From contig CAAFLX010000001.1 in assembly GCA_900763875.1 (NCBI GenBank), positions 10,752 through 74,751 on the forward strand: a DNA stretch of 64,000 nt, given 5' to 3'. This stretch comes from Clostridia bacterium. GTDB taxonomy: Bacteria > Bacillota > Clostridia > Christensenellales > CAG-917. Numbering within the stretch: position 1 is the stretch's first letter; every line of letters starts with the position of its first letter. This document shows, in pieces, positions 38,263-46,249 of the stretch. A model generated the notes under the pieces. The model did not search any database, was not told the DNA's origin, and saw only the letters and a list, made by a program, of their open reading frames with translations. Both the position numbers and the translations under genes were made by a program.

Positions 38263-38931
38263 TTATTCGTTGATGATTTCAAGCTCCAAAAGCGTTGCAA
38301 CGCCGTTTTGCACTGTGAATTTCACGTTGTAGCAGTTGTAGCGCATGCCGTAAATTCGCTCGTCGTCTTGATAGGACGGGCGAGGGTCTTGCGCTATGCA
38401 ATCGACTATGCGCTTCGAGTCTTCGTCCGAAACGTTTTTCAGTACGTCAAGGTTGTCAACACTCAAAAAGTGGTTGTCGCACTCCGTTGTAAAACCGAAA
38501 ATCGCACTTGGCACGCAGTCGGATTTTAGGTAGGGTTTTACGTCGTATATCGGCGTGCCGTCAAGCAAGTCCGCGCCCTCGACAACAAGAATTTTGCCCT
38601 CGTCGCCGTCCTCGATTCGCACAAGTTTGACAAGGCTCAGCCCCAGCGAATTGGGGCGGAAGGGCGAGCGCGTTGCAAATACTCCCATTTTTTGGTTGCC
38701 GCCAAGCCTTGGCGGGCGCACGGTGGCGCAAAACTCATCGCGGTGTGCTTGTGAAAAGTCAAAGATTATCCACAAATGAGAAAAGCCCTCGACGCCTCTC
38801 AATGCGTCGGGATTGCGAAACTCTTTTTCAAATACGATTTTGCCCTCGATTGGCACTCGTCCGCTTTGGCGCGGTATGCCGAATTTCTCCTTGAAGGGCG
38901 TTTTGATGTGCGCTATCGGTTTGATTTCCAT
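38263..38931 (-). CDS. trmO: tRNA (t6A37-N6)-methyltransferase TrmO (YaeB/TsaA family)
   Basis: 222 aa. Typical N-terminus IGxIxTPFxEKFGxPRQ and the RPNxxGLS motif. Confidence 0.85.
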   Translation of the reverse strand: MEIKPIAHIKTPFKEKFGIPRQSGRVPIEGKIVFEKEFRNPDALRGVEGFSHLWIIFDFSQAHRDEFCATVRPPRLGGNQKMGVFATRSPFRPNSLGLSLVKLVRIEDGDEGKILVVEGADLLDGTPIYDVKPYLKSDCVPSAIFGFTTECDNHFLSVDNLDVLKNVSDEDSKRIVDCIAQDPRPSYQDDERIYGMRYNCYNVKFTVQNGVATLLELEIINE

Positions 38932-39103
38932 ATTCTGCTCCTAAAAAAATGATAGCACGGATTTTTCGTTTTTTCCACACTTTTTGCCTATGCGCTTGAT
39001 TTTATTAAACTATTGTCAAAAATCGCTCTTGAAAAGGGGGATAAAATGTTTTATACTCAACATAGAATCATATATCTACAATAGATATATCGGAGGGAAT
39101 GTT

Positions 39104-40213
39104 ATGAAGAGAACTTATCCGAGTTGGATCGAAGGTCAACTCAACAGCAAACAAACCGAGTACACCAAGCCCACAAAGCTGCTCGACGATGACGGCAAAT
39201 TGCTCTCGCCGGGTTGGGCAAGGCACAACGTTTTCGACTATGATCGCTCAAAGTCGAAACCTGCAAATCGCAAAAAAGAATGGGATTTCTATCAAATCTC
39301 CAACGGCGAGTTTATGGTGCAAATGAATTTTGCCAACATCTCGATCGGCGGATTTGCGCAAGCGTCCATCACCGACCTTCGCCGCCCGCATCGCAAGAGT
39401 AAAATCCACAGCGGTTCGATTATGGAATTGACCGCAATCTTCCTTGGCGGCAAAAAACACATACTCCCAAAAAAAGGCGACGAACCCAACGTTCTTGACC
39501 AAACCGTGGGCAAAACGCATATGAAAGTCGTCACCGAAACCGAGCGTCGAACGATGTATTTCAAGGGCAAATACAAGGGCAAAGACGTTGAGGCAAACTT
39601 CACCATGGACATCATGCCGGGGCTTGAAAACATCACCACCGTTCTCCCGTTTGAGGGCAAGCCCACAAGATACTTTATGACCACCAAGCAAAACTGCATG
39701 CCTTGCGAAGGCACTTTCCGTTGGGGGGACAAGGTTTGGAAATTCGACAAAAAAGACACCTTTGCTTTCCTCGATTGGGGCAGAGTCAACACTCCCTATC
39801 AAATGGTTTGGTACTGGGGCAACGGCTCGAAAGTCGTTCAAACCCCCGACGGCAAAGACCATATGTTCGGTTTTGAAATCACCTGGGGCATCGGCGACGA
39901 ATCGCACGCCACCGAAACCGCCATTTTCTGGGATGGCAAAGCCCACAAGTTCGGCCCCGTTGACGTTGAAGTTTTCCCCAAACCCGACAAGTTTATGCAG
40001 CCTTGGCACTTCATCTCCCAAGACGGGCGTTTCGACTTCACCATGACTCCTTTTTACGACCACCACAGCGACCTCAACGCTCTCAACATTCTTCGCATGC
40101 ACTGCCACCAACTCCACGGCATCTGGAACGGCACCGCAATTCTTGATGACGGCACAAAGGTTGAGGTGAGGGATATGTATGCGTTTTGCGAATACTGCGA
40201 AAACAAATGGTAA
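39104..40213 (+). CDS. DUF2804 family protein
   Basis: Start moved to ATG 39104, behind GGAGGG (39092-39097). KEWDFYQI-type motif. 369 aa. Confidence 0.65.
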   Translation: MKRTYPSWIEGQLNSKQTEYTKPTKLLDDDGKLLSPGWARHNVFDYDRSKSKPANRKKEWDFYQISNGEFMVQMNFANISIGGFAQASITDLRRPHRKSKIHSGSIMELTAIFLGGKKHILPKKGDEPNVLDQTVGKTHMKVVTETERRTMYFKGKYKGKDVEANFTMDIMPGLENITTVLPFEGKPTRYFMTTKQNCMPCEGTFRWGDKVWKFDKKDTFAFLDWGRVNTPYQMVWYWGNGSKVVQTPDGKDHMFGFEITWGIGDESHATETAIFWDGKAHKFGPVDVEVFPKPDKFMQPWHFISQDGRFDFTMTPFYDHHSDLNALNILRMHCHQLHGIWNGTAILDDGTKVEVRDMYAFCEYCENKW

Positions 40214-40214
40214 A

Positions 40215-40337
40215 AAAATGCGATATTTGGCGAACAACTGTGTCAGGTGCGATTGTTCAAACAGTCACGTACAATGAAGTACGCTCCTGTCTGCTCAATC
40301 GCAACCTTCCTTGTTCTTCATCCAAATATCGCATTTT
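40215..40337 (+). repeat. Structured hairpin repeat, copy A (conserved loops, locus-specific stems)
   Basis: The outer stem AAAATGCGATATTTGG pairs with CCAAATATCGCATTTT. The inner stem GTGCGATTG pairs with CAATCGCAAC. The conserved blocks are CGAACAACTGTGTCAG, AAACAGTCACGTACAATGAAGTACGCTCCTGTCT and CTTCCTTGTTCTTCAT. It starts 2 nt after the stop codon. Confidence 0.8.
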
Positions 40338-40495
40338 ACAAACGCTATTGAGCGAATAGCTGTGTCAGAGTCCGCCACCTAAACAGTCACGTACAAGAAG
40401 TACGCTCCTGCCTATTGCTCAAACTGCGCCGAGGCAACGGCAACACGCGGTTGCGTATTGCCGAGAGCCTCGCTTGTTCTCGCAATCACTAACCG
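40338..40495 (+). repeat. Structured hairpin repeat, copy B (degenerate, with an insertion)
   Basis: It shares CGAATAGCTGTGTCAG and AAACAGTCACGTACAAGAAGTACGCTCCTGCCT with the other copies. The 3' half is interrupted by extra small hairpins (CGAGGC...GCCTCG, GCAAC..GTTGC). Confidence 0.6.
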
Positions 40496-40600
40496 CGCAA
40501 CCACTCTTCACTCTCAAAATAAGATGGACAAAAACTCAAACCGCAATTCCGTGCGAGTGCTTGCTTGGTGTTGGCGTGCTCCGCACGCAAGTGGATAAAA

Positions 40601-40680
40601 AATGATATCGCCTACGGCGGTGATATCACCGCGTGATGATATCGTGCGTTGCACGATGATATCCAAACGCTGTTTGGATT
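40601..40680 (+). repeat. Four TGATATC direct repeats interleaved with mini-hairpins
   Basis: TGATATC recurs 4 times at 16-20 bp spacing. The copies are separated by short palindromes, and the series ends with ATCCAAAC-GCT-GTTTGGAT. Confidence 0.55.
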
Positions 40681-41150
40681 GCGGATAAACGAACACTTAT
40701 TCGGAGCGTACTTATAAACGGAATGTGCTTATTCGAAGTGCGAGCCGCAAGGCGGCGAGAAAATGGAGTGCCGAGCTTGACGAAAAGTACGAGAATGCGT
40801 GGCATTTTGTTGCGTAGCCGCCACGCAGGCGAAGTGGCATAATTAGGAAAATGTCCCTATCTATGCGAGTGCCGATTGTCTCCCCCACGAACTACGGATA
40901 ATCTTGTAGAGAAATGCCCCTATTTGAGTGGTGGGAGAAATACCGGCGTGTCCGGAAAGAGGGGGCACATCTAATTTAAGAGTTCACGCCGCGCACCATT
41001 TGTAGAGGGAGAACAAAACACGTGAGGAAGGGGGAAGTTGCAATTTAGAGTTCTAAACTTTCTTTTTTATTGAGAAAAAATCACCCGATTTGCCCAAAAG
41101 AAAAATTATTTCAACAAAATGGTTTATTGACTTGCTTTATGAATTTTTCG

Positions 41151-41159
41151 TGCTATAAT
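41151..41159 (+). promoter_or_regulatory. Extended -10 element (TGcTATAAT) upstream of guaB
   Basis: TGCTATAAT at 41151-41159. TTGACT at 41127-41132 is 21 bp upstream, which is a non-optimal spacer. Confidence 0.4.
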
Positions 41160-41226
41160 AGAAAAAATTTACTATTCCGAGGCTATGCGAGTGCAATCGC
41201 GAGGCGTTAGGAGTGACGGAGGTCGT

Positions 41227-42732
41227 ATGGCAACTTATTTCAATCAACCCTCGAGAACGTTCAACGAGTATTTGCTCATTCCCGGCTACACGGACGAGAA
41301 CTGCATTCCCTCCAACGTGAGCCTGAAAACTCCGCTCGTCAAGTTCAAAAAGGGCGAACAACCTGCAATTTCACTCAATATCCCGATGACTTCTGCCATC
41401 ATGCAATCGGTGAGCAACGACACGCTTGCAATCGCACTGGCAAGAGAAGGCGGGATTTCTTTTATCTTCGGGTCTCAATCAATCGAGAGCGAGGCGGAGA
41501 TGGTCAGACGTGTCAAAAACTACAAGGCAGGATTTGTCGTGTCAGACAGCAACCTCACCCCCGAGCATACTCTTGCAGACGTATTTGCGCTCGTGGCTGA
41601 AAAAGGACACAACACAATCCCCATCACCGATGACGGCACGTCCAACGGCAAGTTGCTTGGTATGGTCACAAGCCGTGACTATCGCGTGAGCCGTATGTCG
41701 CCCGACGTCAAAATCAAGGAGTTTATGACTCCGTTTGAAAAGCTCATCACTGCGCCCCAAAACACAACGCTCATCGAGGCAAACGACATCATTTGGGATC
41801 ACAAACTCAACTCTATCCCCATCATCGACGACGAGGGCAGACTATTGTATATGGTCTTCCGCAAGGACTACGACCAACACAAAATGAACCCCGACGAGTT
41901 GCTTGACTCAAACAAGAGATATATGGTTGGCGCAGGCATCAACACTCTCGACTACGAACAACGCGTCCCCGCACTCATCGAGGCAGGAGCGGACGTGCTT
42001 TGCATCGACTCGTCCGAGGGCTACACGATTTGGCAAAAGAAAACCCTCGATTATATCCGCAAGAACTACGGCGACAAAGTCAAGGTCGGCGCAGGCAACG
42101 TCGTTGACAAGGACGGCTTCAACTTCCTTGCGGACTGCGGCGCGGACTTCATCAAAGTGGGCATCGGCGGCGGCTCTATCTGCATCACGCGCGAGCAAAA
42201 AGGCATCGGCAGAGGTCAAGCGACCGCTCTTATCGAGGTTGCCGAGGCTCGTGACGAATACTTCAAAAAGACGGGCGTTTATATCCCCATTTGCTCGGAC
42301 GGCGGCATCGTGCAAGACTACCATATGACTCTTGCTCTTGCAATGGGTGCGGACTTCCTTATGCTCGGCAGATACTTTGCTCGTTTCGACGAAAGCCCCA
42401 CCAACAAGCTAGTCATCAACGGCAACTACGTCAAAGAGTACTGGGGAGAGGGCAGCAACCGCGCAAGAAACTGGCAACGTTACGACCTCGGCGGCAAGAG
42501 CGGTCTTGGCTTTGAAGAGGGCGTTGACAGCTACGTCCCCTATGCAGGCAGCCTCAAAGACAACGTCCGCAAGAGCCTCTACAAGGTCAAATCCACGATG
42601 TGCAACTGTGGCTCGACAACACTCGAAGCACTCCACAAAGACGCCAAAATGACTCTCGTTTCGGCAATCAGCATCAAGGAAGGCGGCGCGCACGACGTGA
42701 TTCAAAAGAACACCACTTATGCAAACAACTGA
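41227..42732 (+). CDS. guaB: IMP dehydrogenase
   Basis: Start moved to ATG 41227, behind GGAGG (41216-41220). CBS-pair insertion and catalytic loop [11 protein letters not shown]. 501 aa. Confidence 0.95.
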   Translation: MATYFNQPSRTFNEYLLIPGYTDENCIPSNVSLKTPLVKFKKGEQPAISLNIPMTSAIMQSVSNDTLAIALAREGGISFIFGSQSIESEAEMVRRVKNYKAGFVVSDSNLTPEHTLADVFALVAEKGHNTIPITDDGTSNGKLLGMVTSRDYRVSRMSPDVKIKEFMTPFEKLITAPQNTTLIEANDIIWDHKLNSIPIIDDEGRLLYMVFRKDYDQHKMNPDELLDSNKRYMVGAGINTLDYEQRVPALIEAGADVLCIDSSEGYTIWQKKTLDYIRKNYGDKVKVGAGNVVDKDGFNFLADCGADFIKVGIGGGSICITREQKGIGRGQATALIEVAEARDEYFKKTGVYIPICSDGGIVQDYHMTLALAMGADFLMLGRYFARFDESPTNKLVINGNYVKEYWGEGSNRARNWQRYDLGGKSGLGFEEGVDSYVPYAGSLKDNVRKSLYKVKSTMCNCGSTTLEALHKDAKMTLVSAISIKEGGAHDVIQKNTTYANN

Positions 42733-42753
42733 CAAATTTTGAAAAACTAACGG

Positions 42754-42782
42754 TTGAGGGCGAGGTTTTTCCTCGCCCTCAA
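42754..42782. terminator. Perfect 12-bp hairpin between convergent genes
   Basis: TTGAGGGCGAGG-TTTTT-CCTCGCCCTCAA. The T-run after it is weak. Confidence 0.6.
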
Positions 42783-42989
42783 TTCATATATAGGAGTTTT
42801 TCGTATTTACGATACAAAATAAACGCGCATATCCATACAAATTTTGTGTTTGCAAGCACTATCGCAAAGCATATTTTCACTCATTTTGTTGTTGCAAGTT
42901 CCATAAAGGGCGCAATATCCATATGTTATGCTTAGTTTCGATTGCCATTTGCCTTTCACCGTTTGCCGTATTGCCGCCATATGATTGAA

Positions 42990-43958
42990 TCAGGGGAGTT
43001 TTGCAAGGAGAACGAGGTCAACGAGCTTGCCCGATAGCCGAGATTTTTCAACGAGAGAATCGTCAACTATAGTGCCGCGACCTGCTATTGTTGCTCCCGT
43101 ATAGGTTTTTAGGTCTGCCGTCAAAACTCTGCCGAGCAGAAACGTATAATCGGATATTATGCGCGCGGGCGTGCGACAATCGTCCTCGGATTCGGGCGCG
43201 TCGAGAAGTTTGAGCGCATTGTTTGAAAAATAGGGAGAATCCTCGCTCGCTTTGATTGCCATAGGTGCGGATTCGATTTGAATAGGCGCAAAAATCGGCT
43301 GTAACGACGTCGGCTCTGCATTAAAAGGCTGTTGCTCGGACTGTTGAGCGAGCTGTTGCTCTGCGCCAAGCGGCTGTTGAGGGGACGTTTGCAACGCATC
43401 AAGGGGTTGTTGTGCTGTTTGAATTGATTTTTGAGAGGGCGGTTGATTTTGAGATTTACGTAGCGCAAGTACTGTATAGTCGCTTTCGGGGCGCGGAAGG
43501 GTTATGGTTTTCGGCTTTGATTGCTTTTGCGATTTGAGCAACAAAACGTCGCCGACGCTTGCCACGTTTTGAGGTGTGAATTGGTCTTTATCCGTGTAGA
43601 TTTTGCTCACTTTTCCGCTTTTTGAAAACTCGACCTTTTGAATTTGCCCCTTTAGAATGCCGTTTTGCGTGTACGCGCTCATTCCGAGGACGTTGCTTGA
43701 ATAGAGGGTGAAGTCAACGTCTTCGACATTGCGGACGTTCACGCCGTTTTGCACGATTATGGCATCGAAACAACTTTGTACGTCGCCAAGGGGCAGGAGC
43801 AAGTCGCCTTCGTCTTTATCGCTTGAGAGGACAAAATATGCAATAGTCGCGCAAGTTTTTGAAAAATATGCATTTTTTATGCGCCCGATGAGGGTTGAGC
43901 CGTCGCGGTCGATGACGGGCTTGAATAAAAGAGAAGAGAGTTCAATCATAATTTTCAC
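42990..43958 (-). CDS. PRC-barrel domain protein (YlmC/YmxH-like) with Q/P-rich central spacer
   Basis: 322 aa. The N-terminal PRC-barrel-like segments are of a type common in sporulation proteins. The central region is low-complexity, rich in QQP/QPL. Confidence 0.55.
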   Translation of the reverse strand: MKIMIELSSLLFKPVIDRDGSTLIGRIKNAYFSKTCATIAYFVLSSDKDEGDLLLPLGDVQSCFDAIIVQNGVNVRNVEDVDFTLYSSNVLGMSAYTQNGILKGQIQKVEFSKSGKVSKIYTDKDQFTPQNVASVGDVLLLKSQKQSKPKTITLPRPESDYTVLALRKSQNQPPSQKSIQTAQQPLDALQTSPQQPLGAEQQLAQQSEQQPFNAEPTSLQPIFAPIQIESAPMAIKASEDSPYFSNNALKLLDAPESEDDCRTPARIISDYTFLLGRVLTADLKTYTGATIAGRGTIVDDSLVEKSRLSGKLVDLVLLAKLP

Positions 43959-44131
43959 CTCGATTTAGAGTATGGTTTTTGCAAGTTTTTTATGATTGTT
44001 TCATTTTGCAAAAGTGCGGATAGAACACGCAAAAACGTGACGATAAAAGTCGAAAATCGCGATAGAATACCGCTTTTTTCGACAAAAAACGATTGTCGTT
44101 AAAAATACGATTTGTACAACAAAAAACGGGG

Positions 44132-44187
44132 TTATCCACCGAGTTGTCCACAATTTCAGGTCAAAATGTGGATAACTTTGTGGAAAA
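44132..44187. promoter_or_regulatory. Cluster of four DnaA boxes
   Basis: TTATCCACC (44132-44140, 8/9), TTGTCCACA (44144-44152, 8/9), TGTGGATAA (44167-44175, 9/9 reverse) and TGTGGAAAA (44179-44187, 8/9 reverse), all compared with TTATCCACA. Confidence 0.6.
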
Positions 44188-44233
44188 GGTGGTATTTTTA
44201 TGCTTGCATGAATATGATTTCTTTTGTAACTAT

Positions 44234-44950
44234 ATGCGTGTCGAATCCTGTCGTAAGAAAGAAGCAACCAAAATTTTGATTTTGTGCGGTTTGATTGCCG
44301 TTTTGCTTGCTTATAGCGTGAGCGCGCCTTTTGTTGCGTACGTGATTAGGCTTGAAAACTTCGAGGCGAGAACAATCGTGATTGACCCGGGGCACGGCGG
44401 CGAGGACGGCGGCGTAAAGGGTGCAAAAAGCGGCGTTGAGGAAAAAACCTTGAATCTAATCATTGCAAATTATCTGGGCGAAATGCTGATTGCGCGCGGA
44501 TTCGAGGTTGTATATACGCGCAAAAACGACGCTATGCACACGTTCGAGGGCGTGAAAAACAACAAAAAACGCGCGGATATGTTTAGGCGCGGACAGATTG
44601 TAAACGAGGCAAAGCCGCTGCTTGTTGTGAGCATACATATGAACTTCTATTCTTTGCCCACACGGCGAGGCGCGCAAATGTTTTATTCGGGCAAAAACGA
44701 CGGCTCGAAAGAGCTTGCTCAATCCTTGCAAAACGCGCTCAATGCCCAAATCAACTCAAAAGAGGGAGGCAGGACGTATGGCGCGCTAAAAGCGGAAAAG
44801 TACATTTTGGAGTGCAGTCCCTATCCCTCGGCAATCGTGGAGTGCGGATTTTTGAGCAACTATGCCGACGAAATCGCCCTGCAAAAACCCGAATATCAAA
44901 TGCGAATGGCAATGGTTTTATGTTGCGCAATCGAGGCATTTTTGAGGTGA
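44234..44950 (+). CDS. cwlD: N-acetylmuramoyl-L-alanine amidase, CwlD-like (germination-specific type)
   Basis: Amidase_3 motif IDPGHGGEDGG, an N-terminal TM anchor, and 238 aa from ATG 44234. An in-frame TTG at 44204, 11 nt after AAGGTGG, is an alternative start. Confidence 0.75.
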   Translation: MRVESCRKKEATKILILCGLIAVLLAYSVSAPFVAYVIRLENFEARTIVIDPGHGGEDGGVKGAKSGVEEKTLNLIIANYLGEMLIARGFEVVYTRKNDAMHTFEGVKNNKKRADMFRRGQIVNEAKPLLVVSIHMNFYSLPTRRGAQMFYSGKNDGSKELAQSLQNALNAQINSKEGGRTYGALKAEKYILECSPYPSAIVECGFLSNYADEIALQKPEYQMRMAMVLCCAIEAFLR

Positions 44951-45052
44951 CGAAAGAGAGTTCTTGTGACCGTATCAAAAGCGAGTCGGCAACGGCTGAG
45001 CGTTTGATTGTTTGAGTTTTGTCTTTAATTGCGCGCGCTTGCGCGAAAAACC

Positions 45053-45081
45053 TTGATTTCTACTTTTTTATCGTCTATAAT
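45053..45081 (+). promoter_or_regulatory. Promoter TTGATT-17 bp-TATAAT placed 8 nt before an ATG
   Basis: TTGATT at 45053-45058, TATAAT at 45076-45081, ATG at 45090. No SD lies between them. Confidence 0.55.
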
Positions 45082-45089
45082 ATAGCATT

Positions 45090-45506
45090 ATGACAAACGC
45101 ATTTGCATTTCCGTGTCAAAAAATCCTCAAAAAACACAGCGACGACCAAGAAATCGCCCTCATTTTGAAGGATATAGAAAACGCCCAACAAGGCGTTATG
45201 ACCTTTTCCAAAGAAGTGAAAAAATATATGCTCCAATTCATTCATTCGCGCTATGACGACAACGAAGAGGTTATGTCGCTCATAGACGTGTTGCGCAAGT
45301 GGAGCAAGTATGAAACTTTCAATTTTCTTGAAATTTTTCAACTTCAAGACGAGTGTTATTTTTGGTACGACTTTCTGCACGCATACGGCGCGTGGAAGGT
45401 GATTGGCAAGACTTACGGATTCAAAGACGAGGACGAGGCTCTTGCCGTGCTTGTGAGGCTTGTCAAACTTGACGAGAGTGTATTCAAATCCTATCCGGAG
45501 TTGTGA
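45090..45506 (+). CDS. Hypothetical protein (138 aa)
   Basis: Clean ORF whose end overlaps the radC start region. I recognise no motifs. Confidence 0.6.
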   Translation: MTNAFAFPCQKILKKHSDDQEIALILKDIENAQQGVMTFSKEVKKYMLQFIHSRYDDNEEVMSLIDVLRKWSKYETFNFLEIFQLQDECYFWYDFLHAYGAWKVIGKTYGFKDEDEALAVLVRLVKLDESVFKSYPEL

Positions 45507-45508
45507 TT

Positions 45509-46249
45509 ATGCAAAAGGGCGTACACGAAGGGCACAGAGAGCGCATGCGCGAGAAGATTCGCAAAAGCGGCATAGGGGCGTTTCAACAGCACGAAGTTTT
45601 GGAATACCTGCTTTATTCGTTTGTGCCGAGGAAGGATACCAACGAGATTGCGCACGCGCTGATTGACAGATTCTCCTCTCTTTCGGGCGTGCTAAACGCA
45701 AGTGAAGACGATTTGGCAAAGGTGAGCGGAATGACTCAAAACGCGGCGTTGTTTTTGGCAACTTTGCCCGACGTATTCAGAGCATACGTGGACGGCGTGA
45801 ACAGCGACGGCGTGGCAAGGCAGGACTTGTCGGGCAGAGGCAGAGCGCGCAACTTTATGTGCTCAAGGCTTTTCGGGCTGAATCAAGAGCATTTGTGCGT
45901 GGCTGCGCTTGACGCTCACGACAAACTTATCAAGTGCGAGATTATCGAGCAGGGCAGCGGCGACGCGGTGCGCATGGACGTGAGAAAACTCGTGGATTTT
46001 GCACTGAGGACGGGCGCAAGCGCAATGCTTATTGCCCACAATCACCCAAGCGGCAACATCTTGCCATCGCAAAAAGACGTCACTATGACGCAAGAGGCGA
46101 TGTCCACGCTTTCGGGTATCGGAGTCGAACTTCAAGATCACCTTATCTTTGCAGGCAGTGAATATTACTCCTTTGAAGAGAATGGGACTATGGAAAAAAT
46201 CAAAAGCATACAAGAAGGCTTAAGAGAAGGTATAGCATTTTATGAGTGA
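45509..46249 (+). CDS. radC: RadC-like JAB-domain protein
   Basis: HNHPSG JAMM motif. ATG 45509 lies behind GGAG, and GTG 45503 is an alternative start. Confidence 0.85.
   Translation: MQKGVHEGHRERMREKIRKSGIGAFQQHEVLEYLLYSFVPRKDTNEIAHALIDRFSSLSGVLNASEDDLAKVSGMTQNAALFLATLPDVFRAYVDGVNSDGVARQDLSGRGRARNFMCSRLFGLNQEHLCVAALDAHDKLIKCEIIEQGSGDAVRMDVRKLVDFALRTGASAMLIAHNHPSGNILPSQKDVTMTQEAMSTLSGIGVELQDHLIFAGSEYYSFEENGTMEKIKSIQEGLREGIAFYE

Noticed and set aside
38212-38529. A 105-aa forward ORF antisense to trmO.
   Set aside because: It lies entirely within the conserved TrmO coding region on the opposite strand. It has no SD and shows shadow-ORF composition.
40215-41126. A CRISPR array, tRNA/rRNA gene, integron attC site or known riboswitch in the long guaB-upstream gap.
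   Set aside because: The repeat and spacer dimensions do not fit CRISPR. No tRNA T-loop (GGTTCGAAT-type) or rRNA signatures are present. No GTTRRRY/RYYYAAC attC cores flank the hairpins. No purine-riboswitch or ykkC-like conserved cores were recognised, and the guaB promoter lies downstream of the region.
44132-44187. The DnaA-box cluster as the chromosomal replication origin.
   Set aside because: There is no dnaA, dnaN or rpmH context and no adjacent AT-rich unwinding element of the usual kind. A secondary DnaA-box cluster or regulatory site is more likely.
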